A stretch of 64,000 nucleotides of DNA from NCBI RefSeq assembly GCF_009914755.1, contig NC_060933.1. One strand, given 5' to 3'. The translations under genes were made by a program, and so were the position numbers. The DNA is from the human T2T-CHM13v2.0 reference genome, Homo sapiens. Numbering within the stretch: the first letter of the stretch is position 1; each line of letters begins with the position of its first letter. The notes beneath the pieces were generated by a model. The model was not told the origin of the DNA and searched no databases. It worked only from the letters and a program-made list of their open reading frames with translations. This document shows positions 13,492-27,399 of the stretch, one piece after another.

Positions 13492-15242
13492 CTGTGAGAA
13501 GTAATATCAGAGAGGAGGACCTAATTTATATGGGGGTCAAGGAAAGCCTCTTTTCTCTCTGTCACTTGAATGCATTCTGGTTTCCTAATTTCAGACATGG
13601 GATGTCAAAAGCAGAGCATCTCAAACAGGAAAGAAACCTGTCATTTAAACCTTCACCCAGGGCCCAGGAAGTCCATGACAGAAGCGTGACTATTCCTATT
13701 TTGAAGAGCTCTTGGGATGAGGTCTTTACAGCTTCTCCTAGCTACCCATGGTAGTCAAGATTAGACAATCAAAGCCAGAGGGAGATTGAGACATCTTTCA
13801 GTCCATCAAGCTAATTTTATGGAGGAGGAAACCAAGGCACTCATGAGTCAGAGGCAGATCTTGGACTGAAATTCTCTGGTGTACTTTCCACTGCCCTAGG
13901 AGAGATGCTGTTTCCAGAAACAAAGGATAGAAGAGCTCATTCCTCCCTCCTCCCCTCTCCCATAAGCAGTCCCTGCATTTGGAGGTGGAGAAGCAATGTC
14001 TAAGGAGATGATGGCTGTTGAAATTCAGTGAAGACTGTTCATAAACAGGTATTACACTAAGTGTTGTTCACCAACTCCTCTTTGGCAAGATGTCCCCCAG
14101 TCCTAGAATTCTCTCCCTAATCTTGTCTGGGGATCTGGGTCCTAGCTCAGGAAATGTGAACTATCTTGCTCAATGACTTGGCTTTGTGTAAGGTAGTGCC
14201 TAGGCTGAATGCAGGCACAAACAAATGGACTCTCCCAGGTTTTCATTCTCAGCTCCACTGAGTAGCTCAGGAAACTTTGTCTCCGTGGTTATCAACGAGG
14301 TATACTTCCTTAAGTGTACTTCCTCTGTTTTTGGCCTCTGTAGATGTCTGATGAGTATTCCCAACAGTAATAAAGTTATTTTCATGTATGGAGGGAGGAA
14401 TGGTCATGTTTAACCTGTTTGTCTCCAGGTAAAATGACCCCCATCCCAACCATCTTCCTTGCCTTGGAGTGTTTTCTTCTCCTTTAATCAGTGGTTAGAT
14501 GGCTAATCATCCATCTTTCCACGGGTTATTGTGGACATCATAAGATATTATAAAGTGTTAGCAAGTATTTGAAAAGCATAGCTATTTTGAGCACTGCCTT
14601 GGTGTTAATGATGTGCTTAATTTGCCTCAATACCTTGAAAGGCTTGTTTCTTTTCACAGAGGAATGATCAGCAGATGCAATGAGCTCCTGAATTTGCTTT
14701 GGACACAAAATGCCCTCGTGGACCAAAAATGATCAAAGGCAGCTCTGTTTGGAATATGCCAGGGGAAGTCCACATTCCTTTCCTTGTTGCCCTCACATAG
14801 TCTTGTAAGGTGGGCTCTGGCTCATGGCCCAAAGGGACTTTTGCCAAGGATACCTCTTATTTTCAAGCTAATTCATTGGGCACTTAATGAGGGTTACTCT
14901 ACATGCACTATTTCATTTGGCCTTTAACTTGACCCCAAGAGTTACGGATTCATCAAGACTTAGAGAAGTGATTTCATAATGTGATAATGTTTATAGAAGG
15001 TCCCACAGGTGGCGAATAGCACAGAAGGGATTCAAACTTAGGTGTTTGACTTTGAAGGCACTGCTCTTCAATGTCCTGCTACATTGCCTCTCTAGATGAG
15101 GGCAGGATAAAGCTGAGCAGAAAAATCTCCTGAAATTTCATGGAAAAGTGAATAGAAGTCATAGAAAATCCTCAGGGGAAGACTATTTTTACTGGGAGCA
15201 CATGGTCTGCCAAAGTGAGAAGTGGACCACAGTGGCTTAAAG

Positions 15243-15401
15243 CAGTGCTTCTCCCACTTTAAAAGACTGACCAGCATCGGGGGATTTTGGTAAAAGCAGA
15301 TTCTGACTCAGTAGGGAGGGGCCCTTAGGTTTTGCATTTTTGATGAGCATCCAGGTGATGCCAATGTTGCCAGGCCATGGACCACACCTTGAGTAGCAAA
15401 G
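15243..15401. mobile_element. MER5A1
   Basis: CAGTGCTTCTC...GACCACACCTTGAGTAGCAAAG. Confidence 0.8.
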
Positions 15402-15873
15402 TCTTAAATACACTACTCAGTAGGCAATCAGAACACCTGAGGTCTTGAGAGATGGCTGTAGGAGGCTGAGTATAGATTTGGGCTCAGATATGGGCTTAGG
15501 AAATCTTTCTAGTTTGAAGATGGCAGTGATATCCTGTCCTCTCCGTCTCTTCTATCAAATCTTTTTGTCATCTAGTTCCGTTTCTTCTCCTCTGTACAAT
15601 CTGGACTGACTTCTGGCCCTACCATTCCTCTCCTCACACCTGGGCTTGCCTTCTTATGGGCTGTGCCACTGCTTTCTCTTTTGCCTCACCTGGAATATCC
15701 TGCTCCTCCTCCTCCTGCCACCATCTTTCCAATGGGGAGCTCTTCTCTACAGAAGAATGACAGCTAATAAATTTGGAAGGAGTGACAGACTTAGGCATTC
15801 CCTCTTTTTCAACCCTCAGTGCATTAGCTGATTCAGACAAGGATCATTAAGAAATGGCAAAACCACCAAGTGA

Positions 15874-17110
<1,237 letters not shown>

Positions 17111-17474
17111 ACTTTGGGAATAAGCCATGACTGTTGTAATTCTTGGAAGCCTGGCTTTTGTTCTAGCTCTTCTACAAACTCCTCCTTCATCCCAAGCAGA
17201 AATGACTTCTACTTTGCTCTGTGGCATTCTGTGCCATTCTGCCCGGAACCCAAGAACTTGGTGTTTGGGCTTCATCTGCTCAATTTAACAGAGTTCCCAG
17301 AAGACAGGGTCTTGCCCCTTCCACTTGGGACCTCCCCACATAACCTCACACAGGGCTCGCTCCTGGGAAGATTTACAGTGGATTTTTCTGGATTGCTAAA
17401 TGGAATGAATGTCAGGTGGAGGGAGTACCTTGGGTAGTGGGAAGTGTCATGGGGCATTCCAAATAACTTCTTCT

Positions 17475-18014
17475 TGTGCCGAACTCCTATTAGCTCAACA
17501 GGGAAGGCACCATGTTCAAGAGGCTAAAGAAGAGGTGTAGAGTCAGCAAACAAGATGTGGGGTTTTATTGGGGGCTTACATACAGGGGAGAGAGTCCAGT
17601 GGCAGTGAGCTGAACAGGAAAACTGCTTTACGGACAGAAATGATCTCATGGCAGCAGGCTGGACAACATATTCACCTTATATACCGTCCAGTGGTGGTGG
17701 GTTGGGCAGGAAAACCACAACCACTTGCAAATAGCATGCAGTTTCTATAGCATGCTCACTTAACAGCCTCCCCTTAATGGCCTCCACCTGGCAGCCTTCA
17801 TGTAACCAAAAACTCAGGCCTCAATCTCCTGTATGGCCCATGTTCCACGGGATGGGCTGGGGGCTCAGATGTTCCTCACAGACAAGGAATGAGTCTCCAG
17901 GTTGACCACTCCTGGACTCTCTAGCTTGGAACACCCATTCAGACGTGTCTGCCATATGTGGTTATTCTAAGGGTATGCTTCAGTTATTGCTATATCAGGT
18001 GTGTTTACCCTACA
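17475..18014 (-). mobile_element. Solo LTR, ERVL-class (family not assigned), sense to TNFSF8 in intron 1
   Basis: TG...CA termini, exact 5-bp TSD CTTCT (17470-17474, 18015-18019), minus-strand AATAAA at 17564-17569. Confidence 0.8.
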
Positions 18015-18665
18015 CTTCTATTTTGTATCTGAGCTTAAAAATAAACCCAAAATACCACACCACCATCACCACCACCAATAATTACTCCCCTTAAACAGGT
18101 GCTCAGCTCCACTGTTGGTGTGGAGATAATTTAAAAAGAGTATTATTATTATTATTTTTAAAAAAAGAATTTTTTTTGCTTATAAAGGGAAAAGAGGCAG
18201 CTTCTTTCTTGAAAGCCTACCGATTGTGAACCCTATACTCCAACCTTTTGGAATGTAACCCTTTACATTCTCCCCTGGGGCTAGAGAAGCCCAGTCTCCT
18301 GGTTTACAAAACAAAGACGTCTCTAAGGTTGAGGGCTTCAGAGGCTTTTTGAAATGTAAACACCTACCTGTGGTGTTAACCTAGGAGTCTATCTCATTGT
18401 CTATCTCATTATGTATTCCCCTGTCTCTTGAGGAGATAAGAGAAGTTTTATTTTTTCTTCTTTTGCTTTGCTAGATTAATTGTGTGAAATTTCATCCTGA
18501 CTTTGTAGTCTGTTGCAGGCTGCCTATTTGCATGTACAATTGTGCTTGCTCAACAGTAAATCATTTTTTTCTTTCCATATTGATGTAAAGAAGTGTCTGT
18601 TGGTAGGACTTTTAATTCCTCAGGGGTACACTAGTACAATCTCTTTGGAGACAGACTGACATTTA

Positions 18666-18931
<266 letters not shown>

Positions 18932-19440
18932 TTATTCCCCAGATATACTTGCAGACACGCACAGAGGGCACAAATTCTAGAGAAAACATTGATGTCTCTC
19001 ACCAGGCACAGATAAATTATGAAGCATTTACACTTCGTACTATGCGACTCTTCAAAAGAATGAAATGAACTTCTATGTACTGACATGGAAGGATCTCTAA
19101 GATATACAGTGTGTTGTCAAGTGAATAAAGCAAGATGCAAAATTATGGGTTTATTATAATGACCCATGGGTTTATTATATATTATAATGTGTACTGTGTA
19201 TTTGTAGATGCACAGATTTTTGGAAGGACACACAAGAATCTGTCAATGGTGGTTATCTCCGTGAAGAGGGATTAGTGGTTGGGTGGGGAAGGTGTGAAGA
19301 TTTTTACTTTCTTTTCTCTTATTTGCTAGTTACTTTTCTTAAACCATGTAAGTATAGTGTTTCCTAATATAAATATTATAAAATATATCAATATATTATA
19401 AAATATTAAATAACATAAAATATTATTTTATAATATAATA

Positions 19441-19600
19441 TTTATAATATAAAATGTTTATTTTATAATATATTTATAATATAAAATGTTTATTTTATAA
19501 TATATTTATAATATAAAATGTTTATTTTATAATATATTTATAATATAAAATGTTTATTTTATAATATATTTATAATATAAAATGTTTATTTTATAATATA
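19441..19600. repeat. AT-rich minisatellite, 5 perfect copies of TTTATAATATAAAATGTTTATTTTATAATATA (32 bp), in an AT tract ~19365-19640
   Basis: Counted directly; units start at 19441, 19473, 19505, 19537 and 19569. Confidence 0.95.
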
Positions 19601-22361
19601 AAGTAATATTATTATATAAAATAGTATTTATTTTATAAATATGCTGGCTTAAATGTAAATAAAACAAAATACAACCACCACTGAGGCTTCAAAAATATCA
19701 CAGGAAAGAAGTAAGTTCCATAGTAACTCAAAGACAGGGATTTTGTTGTTTTTTTTCAAGGCTTTAGAACAATGTCCTGCACACAGTAGATATTTAATAA
19801 ATATTTGAGATAGAAACCTAAGTTCCTCCTTTGTCTCTCCCAAGGAGTTTAAGCTTGGAGTTATCTGATCTTCAAGTCAAACCTCAAGGCAAGCTTTGTT
19901 GATTTCCCTACACTTTCTCTGTCTTCTCTCCTCTGTCTCTTTGCTCATGCTGTTCCATTGGCTAGGAGTGCCTCTCCTCTGCTTTCCCTTCCCTGCCTGT
20001 TTGAAATTGTTCACATTTCTCAAGCCAACCTGAAACTAATCCCCAGGAGTTTTTCTTAAACCTGTCTGGAAAAATATATTCTCTCCTTAACTTGTGGTGT
20101 CATGGTATCCCTTTAATCACTCATTATATGTTATGACTTAGCTGTTTTAAATTTTGTCTATACACGTGCCTTGGGATAAGAATTGTGTGACTTCTTGTGC
20201 CAGTAAAACCATTCTTATGGTTCTCCACCCCTGTTCCCATCACATACAGAGTGCTAATTGACCATTAACTCATTCCATTTTTAATAATGGTGATGTGAGT
20301 CTAAGCTCCTTGGCTTTCTCCCATTGATTTCTTTCCTAGAGTTTCTTTTAGAGTCTCTTCACTTGTCTGAGTTCTTCCTGTTTTCAAGTCAGTCTACATT
20401 CCATCTTCCTATAGGAAACCCTTCCTGATAACTCAAGTTAATGGGAAAATGATGCTTTTTTTTTTCTTGTTAGGTCTTACAACAGTTAAGGTCTGAGGAA
20501 TTTATTGAAAATGATATGTGCAATGCATTTGACACTTTATATACCACGGCTACTATTAACATGGCAAGCCTTAATTTTAAGGAAGCAACTGATATTTCCT
20601 GGTCTAAGAAATCACAGCACACCGCACTGTACAATCAGATTGCACAGTGAATCTTTTCATATCCAAACATGAGGGGTAAGTCAAGGAAGTGGATGCACAA
20701 GAAGATAAAGCTCCCAAGAGAAGAGTGGGTGCAATGTTTCTTAGTGCTTCTGTGGCTGTCTGTATTGGCAAAGGGGATGCTGCTTGCATCAAGCAATCAA
20801 GCAGTATTGGCTCTACCACTTTCTCAGGGTGACGTAGTTCAAGCCCTGTTCCCTCTCTGCTCCTCATTTTCCACATTTACAAAAATGAGGCAGAAAGATC
20901 TGCTCTGGTTCTTTTATAGAAGAAATCAATTCAACTAAAAGTTGGATATGAATGAGCTCTGAAGCTCTCTCTAGCTTTATATATCACCATCGCCACCCAT
21001 TTTTCCACCATCTCTCTCTCTCTCTCAGCAGTTCTAGTTGGATCCTTTAACTAAAGAACTTCTTAAAGGACACTTCAATTTCTTTTCTTTGGCCATTGCT
21101 ATAAAATGACATACCCTTGGTTCACTCCAAATTAGAATTACAGAAATTGCAGAGCCCCTGCAGAAGAAAAGATGTCCTAAAGTGTTTTCAAGATTATTAT
21201 ACTTAATAGATGTAGATAAGCCATTAAATTATGAGTTTTAAGAATTCCACTATCTAAATCAAATATTTGCAACTCCTTCTTTTCACTTTTGTAGAGATAT
21301 GAGCTTCAAAGCTTCCATTTAATTTCAAAGCTTGATGACACTTGAGAAATAGATATCAAAGCCTTTTAAAGCCTAGTTCTTTCCAGCAATTGATAAGCTA
21401 TAGAGTATTTGGCCTAAGAAAACTGAAGAAAAACCAGAATAAATTCAGCAGGATTATAATACCACGAAAAGTAGGCGCTATGAAGTAAGAAACAGAAATA
21501 TTCTCACTTTGGCAGGTCACGTGGGTGGGTGCAGCTCTTAAATTACCCATTAACAACTTCATCAAAAAATTCATGAGCAATATATGCTATTACTACAGCA
21601 TTTTCTATATAATATATACTGGTAGATTCTCTGTAAACACCAATTTTCTAAAATATGAAGAAGCTTCCTCTTTCTCCTCCTCTTCTGTTTTCAGAAACAA
21701 ATCTTACCATTTACTTCAAAGTAAATCTCCGAAGACAGTCTGACCCTGTACAGTGTGTACCCAACGATTGCTTAGTATTGTGAGGAACATCAGAGAGAAC
21801 AGGTGCTAAAAACCTTTCAACTTTCTGCTTCTATGTGCTGTTTCTTTTTTTTTTTTTTTTGTGACGCCCTAACTTCTTCAAAGTTGTGGCTTAAGAGGAA
21901 GCTTTCGATTTGTCTTGCTGGCTTTAACACCAAAATGTCCAAAGCTCTAAGAAGCCATGGTCTTCTCTTTCGCCTCCTTTCCTTCTAGACCTTGGCCTCT
22001 GAAACTTAGCTCCTTGTATAAAACAAAAGCAAAAACAAAACTCTTGGCAATGGGTGAGGCCTCAGAAACCTCCAGGACACTCAGACTTAGGATATAGAAC
22101 CTCAGAATCCAGTCTGAAGTCCTTGAAGACATGATAACAACTTGTGCAAATGTGTTATCAGGTTTCTCTATTGCTTCCTTCCTTGATATGGGTCTCTGGC
22201 TCATTAAGATTTAAATCTTAACTTTAAAAGGCCAATAGCTCCCCTCCACTGTTTTGCTCAGACAGATCTGCAAAGTTTTAAGATGATGGTCTAACAATAT
22301 TTTTCTCAACAAGCCAAATTATTTTAGAGAGTTAAGTTCCTCTTTCTTTTCTCCCTTTCTC

Positions 22362-22447
22362 ATATATATATATATATAATATATACTGTATAATATAATA
22401 TATATTATGTAACATAAGTGTATTACGTTATACAGTATATACTATAG

Positions 22448-22478
<31 letters not shown>
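22362..22478. repeat. (TA)n/(GA)n compound microsatellite in intron 1 near the donor
   Basis: Direct reading. Confidence 0.9.
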
Positions 22479-22597
22479 TTTATTTATTTAATTTTATTTT
22501 GTGCTCTTAACCAACAAACGAATATCATTTGTTCCCAGGGCTCTTTCTCTCGGGAAAACAACAAGAAAAGGAAAGGGAGGAAGAGGAGTCCACTTAC

Positions 22598-22792
22598 CGT
22601 CCTCTGAACGACCAACACCATAATAGTGGCCACCGTGAAGACAAGGCACAGAGCCAGAGTGGCTGTGGTCAAATAGAAATAGCTGCGGCTCGTGGTCCCC
22701 AGGTGGCTGGCCACGGAGCCCGCCGGCACATGCATGGCTGTGTCTCCAGGAGGGGCCATTCCGTTGAGTGCTTGCTGCAGCCCTGGGTCCAT
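22598..22792 (-). CDS. TNFSF8: TNFSF8 (CD30 ligand/CD153) coding exon 1: cytoplasmic tail plus type II transmembrane anchor, aa 1-65
   Basis: Translates [65 protein letters not shown], the human CD30L N-terminus. ATG is in a strong context (AGAATGG). The exon ends at the donor ACG|GTAAGT (22592-22597), 195 nt, phase 0. Confidence 0.98.
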
Positions 22793-23250
22793 TCTTTATA
22801 TAGTCTTCCCCACATCACACCTTATCTCTCTTCATCTGATTCAGTTCTGGGCCCATCTCTGTTCCAAGAAGGATTCTCCCCCTGAATCCTGAATCATGTG
22901 ACTTGGAAAAAAACCTTCACCTGCTGCCTGGTGGAGAAACTCTTCTCTGGGGGCGTGAGGCGAGAGGCGGCAGCAAGGGTGGGGGAGAGGTTCATTTTTC
23001 ATTGCCAGGGATTAAGTTGTGTGCAGAGAAACTAGCTACAGAGAAGGTGGCTGATGTCAGAGGGCGCGTAGGAAAATGACGGTTCCCCGACTCTGTGTGT
23101 GTATGTGTGTGTGTGTGTGTGTGTGCATGCGTGCGCACACACAAAGCAACTTCTGTTTCGTTTAGACTCTGCCACAAAACGCCTTCCTGTTCAAGAAGCT
23201 GCACCTTCTTTCAGCGAGGCCTGTGGCTCAGAAGACCTCCCCAGATAATG
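22793..23250 (-). promoter_or_regulatory. TNFSF8: TNFSF8 5' UTR and proximal promoter (exact TSS not determinable from sequence)
   Basis: Non-repetitive DNA directly upstream of the ATG. Motifs: TATATAAA (22795-22802, minus), STAT GAS TTCCAAGAA (22862-22870), E-box TCATGTGA (22894-22901), NFAT-like TGGAAAA (22904-22910), E-box CACCTG (22918-22923), AGGAAAATGACG (23070-23081). Confidence 0.75.
23094..23143. repeat. (TG)n-based alternating purine-pyrimidine tract in the promoter
   Basis: 50 bp of uninterrupted alternation. Confidence 0.95.
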
Positions 23251-23581
23251 AGTCCTTGCTGGGTCTCAGGGAGGCCGGATCCCTCGGACTGCAGTGTAAT
23301 AACTCCAAAGGGTTCGGTTTGATAGGCTACTGCTGAAAAAGGGACATGCTGCAGGTTCCCTGGGGGAAAAAGGGCACGCAAATGGAGATATTTCTCCAAA
23401 GGGGGACTGGCTCATGGCAGTATGAAATTTGGGGTTCAAAGATACTGTCAGAAAGCAGGAATCTGGAAATATCAATCTTTTGAACAAACACTCCTGCAGA
23501 AGTTTTGGGATCTGTTAAACTGGCAGATGAACCTGGACCTGCCGTAAAACTCATGAAGAGGGGAAGGAATTGGCAGTGAGA

Positions 23582-23836
23582 TGGTGTGGTGTGGAATATG
23601 GGGGCTGTGTGTGTTCTGCGTGGTGTACTATGTAGTGTGTGTGTATTTGTGGTATGGGGGTATGTGTAGGTGTTGTGTGTTCTCTATGGTATATGTATGC
23701 AGTGTGTGTGTGGTGTGCATTTGTGATCTGCAATGCATGCCGAGTGTGGTGTGTATGTAAGTGTTGTGTGTGGTGTGTATGTATGTGTTGTGTGTGGTGT
23801 GTTGTGTCTTGTGTATGTATGTGTTGTGTGTGTATA
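23582..23836. repeat. GT-rich low-complexity tract
   Basis: Degenerate (GTGTG/TATGT)n. Confidence 0.85.
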
Positions 23837-25839
23837 TGACTACTATAATTGAACCTCTACTGTCTCAGGCACAGCGCTAGGAGTTACATGTGGCTTCATT
23901 CCACTTCCACCTCCACCCTCCGAGGCAGGCAATGTTTATTTTTTACAGATGGGAAAACTGAGGCTCAGGGAGGATGAAAACTATCTCAACCTAAGTCGCA
24001 AGTGTCGATCACTGAAAGAACTTGGGTGCACTTTGCAGCCTGCCTGGCTGAAAGCTCGTGCTAAGTCATTCAATCTTCACTGCACCTGAAAGCTAAAACC
24101 TGAAGTGTGGTCTCAGCCCTTTCCCTTCTTAGCCTTGGGCCATCATACAAGTCTTTATGGCTTTCTCTGTTCCCAATCTGCATTACAGTCATCAGGAAGA
24201 CCAAGCGAGATGATGTCAGAGTACTCCATGAATAAAAATAGATTTGGGGATGGTGTTGGACAATTCCTGTTAAACATCCCAAGCTGTCTACTGGGCTAAG
24301 TCTGGAATTTAGATACAATAGACAGATTACCTGGGGGACAGAGTCAGATCACATCTGTGGTTACTAATGATCTCCATTTCAAAATACCATTTAAAATGTT
24401 AATCACTGCATAGCTGCTGCCTCCAGATGTGGGCCTTTGAAAGCTCCATTTGGTATCACCGTGGAAGAAGCTCATTCTGCATAGCACCTCCTTTCCTTTC
24501 TGCTCACTTTTTGTCTGCAGCGCATCACTTTGAGCCAGCAGAGATCCCAGATGCCCCTAAGGAAACGTCCTGTGTCTAAAGCCAAGCTTGGATTATTACC
24601 ACTGCTGTTCTTGCATAGAACCAAAACTTCTGAGCATCTCCCAAATTAGATCAGGCTTTAGGATTTGGTCTGGATATTTCCTCCCAGTGAGTCTGTAAAA
24701 GCATAGATCCTGGAGACGAAAGAGACATCAAGAGATAAATTGTTTTCTTGGGCTAAATAGAGTGGGGGGCGATATACCCATTTTACAATCAAGGAAACCG
24801 AGGCCCCCGTGATCCCAATTGAGTTTGGTTTTGAAAACAGTGTGTTCACGTTCGTTTGGTCCGGTAATTAAGGTGGGAACGAGGCAAGCCAGTGTTTTCT
24901 GGGGCATGTACCTGGCTGATTTGGGGAGAAGGCTGTGTCCTCTGGTGGGCACGGACAGTGAGTGGGTAGCAAGGGCTCTGTGGTCTGCCCAGAGTTGCTG
25001 AGAACCAGCTGCTCCCTTGGCCCTCTTGTTCAGCCTCTTTGATCAAAGTGGAAAACTTCTGATTGTTGAATGGAAGCTGTGGGTGTTGAAAAATAAAAAG
25101 GCTTTGCTTGAAGTTCGGGTCTTCCTGAAGGCCTGTGGGGCTGAGAAGGGCAGTGGAAAAAAATGTTTGTCTTACAGTTACCCGTTTTGCATACAATACA
25201 ATGTCCTGGGAGGGAAGGCTGACAAGGGGGAAAAATCACCCTTTGTTTTTACTCAACTTTCTGAGCAGTTGAGATTTTCGGATCAGTTCCTAGTACAGTA
25301 GTTTGTGGGCTCAATTCATTCTTTTGCTGTGACACTCCTCTACTCACAAACCTTCAGTGGCTCCCTATTTCCCACCCCCATTGCTCTAAGCCCCTCTCTG
25401 CTTTCCAGCTGTTCTAGAATCTAGCCTGGCCAACATAGAAATCCATGACCTGTGCTAACTGGCTTCTTTCTGTCTTCTACTCAAGCTGTACGATGTGCAG
25501 ATGGAAGGAGCCTTTATAGAATTTCTTGTTGAGTAAGTTTTAAATCCTTTCTGGAAGCAAAGCTGTATAAGGAATATAAAAACATAAGAAAACAGGGCTG
25601 CTTTGGCTGAAGCACAGGTGGGACAAAGAGAAGGGCTAAGCTTCACCTGCTCATTTGCCCTTTTCTGGCATGGGGTCTCTCCAAGGTGAATAAAATTTAG
25701 AAACTTCAGAAAATTTGGCTTGAATCCTTCATTCCACAAAAGGAGGAAACTGGGACACAGAAATGGGAACAACTAAAGGAAGTACATACCATCAGGGAGA
25801 GAGACAGGTGTAAGAGTCCCTTCTGCTCATTCTCTCTCC

Positions 25840-26139
<300 letters not shown>

Positions 26140-26912
26140 CCCTCTGCTTGCCCGGCCCTCTCTGCTCATTCTCATGTCAGCTCTGCTAATATTCCAGGTG
26201 CATCCAGGCTTCCTCTCGTGTTTTACTTGGCTTTCCACTGCTCCTGTTCTTCCTCTCCCTTCCAGCCTTTGCCAACCCGCCTCACCATCTCCAGGAATGC
26301 TTGCCCAGATCTCTCAAGTCCACCAACACCCTCTCTGGAATGCCTCTATTTTCATGCCACATAACCTAATTGTCTAATTATCTACTTCTCTTGATGTGGA
26401 ACCCAAGTGTGTAAACACATGTAAATGTTGCCTTGCTCATAAGATGAGAGTCCCTGAGGGGGGTCTGCACTTTCCTAGTCTTCTAAGTCCTTGCATCCCA
26501 CCTTGCGTTTCTTGCTGCTGGTCATATATGTAGGGTTGACCTTCAATCTATGCTTCATGTTTATGGAAAGAGAAAGTTCTAGAAGAGTGGCTTATGTAAA
26601 GGAATTGTGTGGTGGCATTCTTGCCTCTCTCTTCTCAACTGTGCTCCGTGTCTCTATCTTTCTCCAGAGAATGGCCTCATGAGAGTGACCACCCCAGCCT
26701 CCTTTCAGCCTGGAATTGGCTGCTGAGATGTGGCTGCAGTGCCTGAGACTCAGTGGGCAAATAGAACTAACGTCTCATCCCTTCAAGAAGGAAAGCCATT
26801 TTGAAAAGTAAAGGGAAGCCAGCAGTAGCCATTCCTCCAACATTGCTTTCCTGTATAAGGGACTGGGAGATCTCTGTTGTAGAGACTAGAGGCCTTCAGG
26901 TGTAAGCCCACA

Positions 26913-27066
26913 CCAGCAGTGGCAGCAGTAGCACCTGGGAACTTGGTGCCACTTTAAGACCCTCTAGACCTACTCTAATTCAGAAACTCAGGCTGGGGTC
27001 TGGTAGTCTGTTTTAACAAAGCACCCCAGGGAATGCAGATGCCTGAGACCATTTGAAAAACACTGA
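26913..27066. mobile_element. MER5-type hAT element
   Basis: 'agcacctgggaacttg..ttcagaaactc..ctgttttaacaa..tttgaaaaacactg'. Confidence 0.65.
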
Positions 27067-27354
27067 TTTAGGGAAACAATCTCCAAGAGATCATCTGGTC
27101 CAAAATTTAGCCTTTGGACAGGTAAACTAACACCTCCATTGTGTAGGTAGGGAAACTGAGGCATAATAAAAGTTATTGTCTGGGGCCATGTAGCTGGGTC
27201 ATGTTGGTTTACAGACTAGTTTTTCTGCTCCCTTTATTGAGCCCTCTTTCTAACCTTGACTACGGCTGCAGGCTCTAGAAATACCTTCAGAACCTTTCTG
27301 GAATGCAGATATATTTGGAATAGAATGGAGACATTTTACTCCATTTAAAAATCA

Positions 27355-27399
27355 TTAGATTGGTGCAAAAGTGATTGCGGTTTTTGCCATTAAAAGTAA
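27355..27399. mobile_element. Half Made1 (one TIR plus spacer)
   Basis: TTAGATTGGTGCAAAAGTGATTGCGGTTTTTGCCATTAAAAGTAA. Confidence 0.9.

Noticed and set aside
19441-19600. CRISPR-like array (32-bp palindromic repeats)
   Set aside because: Head-to-tail units with no spacers, in human intronic DNA; it is a minisatellite.
22484-22597. C-terminal 37 aa of the 102-aa ORF as part of canonical CD30L
   Set aside because: It lies beyond the GTAAGT donor; the real protein continues in exon 2. Kept only as a hypothetical intronic-polyadenylation product.
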